Origin: an uncultured cyanobacterium
GTDB lineage: Bacteria; Cyanobacteriota; Cyanobacteriia; Cyanobacteriales; Nostocaceae
DNA: 64,000 bases
Direction: 5' to 3'
Assembly: GCA_963706595.1 (NCBI GenBank)
Contig: OY970166.1
Location: 2,560,001 to 2,624,000, forward strand
Of this stretch, positions 63,921 to 64,000 are shown in pieces. The notes beneath the pieces were generated by a model, which was given only the letters and a program-made list of their open reading frames with translations, was not told the DNA's origin and searched no databases. Made by a program: the position numbers and the translations under genes. Positions within the stretch are counted from its first letter, which is position 1; the number at the start of each line of letters is the position of its first letter.

Positions 63921-63963
63921 GAGCCAGTGCGATCTTGGGGGAAACCCCCATGAGCAACTGGCG
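63921..63963 (-). repeat. 43-nt dispersed hairpin repeat
   Basis: GAGCCAGTGCGATCTTGGGGGAAACCCCCATGAGCAACTGGCG approximates the reverse complement of 45530-45572. Confidence 0.75.
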
Positions 63964-64000
63964 TTTGACGTTAGGAAACCCAACATCATTGGTCGCGTTG

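Noticed and set aside
1..64000. CRISPR array
   Set aside because: No run of constant 25-40 nt repeats with unique spacers was seen; tandem repeats are 7-9-mers or one coding 51-mer, and no cas genes are present

Overview
Chromosomal window from a filamentous, probably heterocyst-forming cyanobacterium (Nostocales-like). Evidence: abundant HIP1 GCGATCGC sites, STRR heptamer repeats, short KaiA, split DnaE intein, and kaiABC next to a TolC/HgdD gene. It is mostly core metabolism: a kdp K+ uptake cluster with a kinase-less KdpD and a divergent sensor kinase plus NarL-type regulator, ndhF3-ndhD3-cupA directly downstream of flv4-(sll0218-like)-flv2 with ATAG-N8-CTAT boxes between them, pdxA, petM, ycf39, NAD kinase, an NblR-like regulator, a Rieske oxygenase, msrA, a GH31 glucosidase, hybrid kinases, dnaE-N, petB/petD, ctpA, cpcS, nblB, tolC and kaiABC. 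One solo TnpB (IS200/IS605 family) has an intact RuvC triad; its left-end hairpin is split by a 24-nt mini-element and its right end abuts a decayed ferritin-like gene. The least explained layer is a dense set of very small dispersed elements (21-24 nt inserts at HIP1 sites inside genes, nested repeats, several MITE families). Five genes, including essential petD, carry single-base frameshifts that are most likely assembly errors. No CRISPR array, rRNA or tRNA was recognised.
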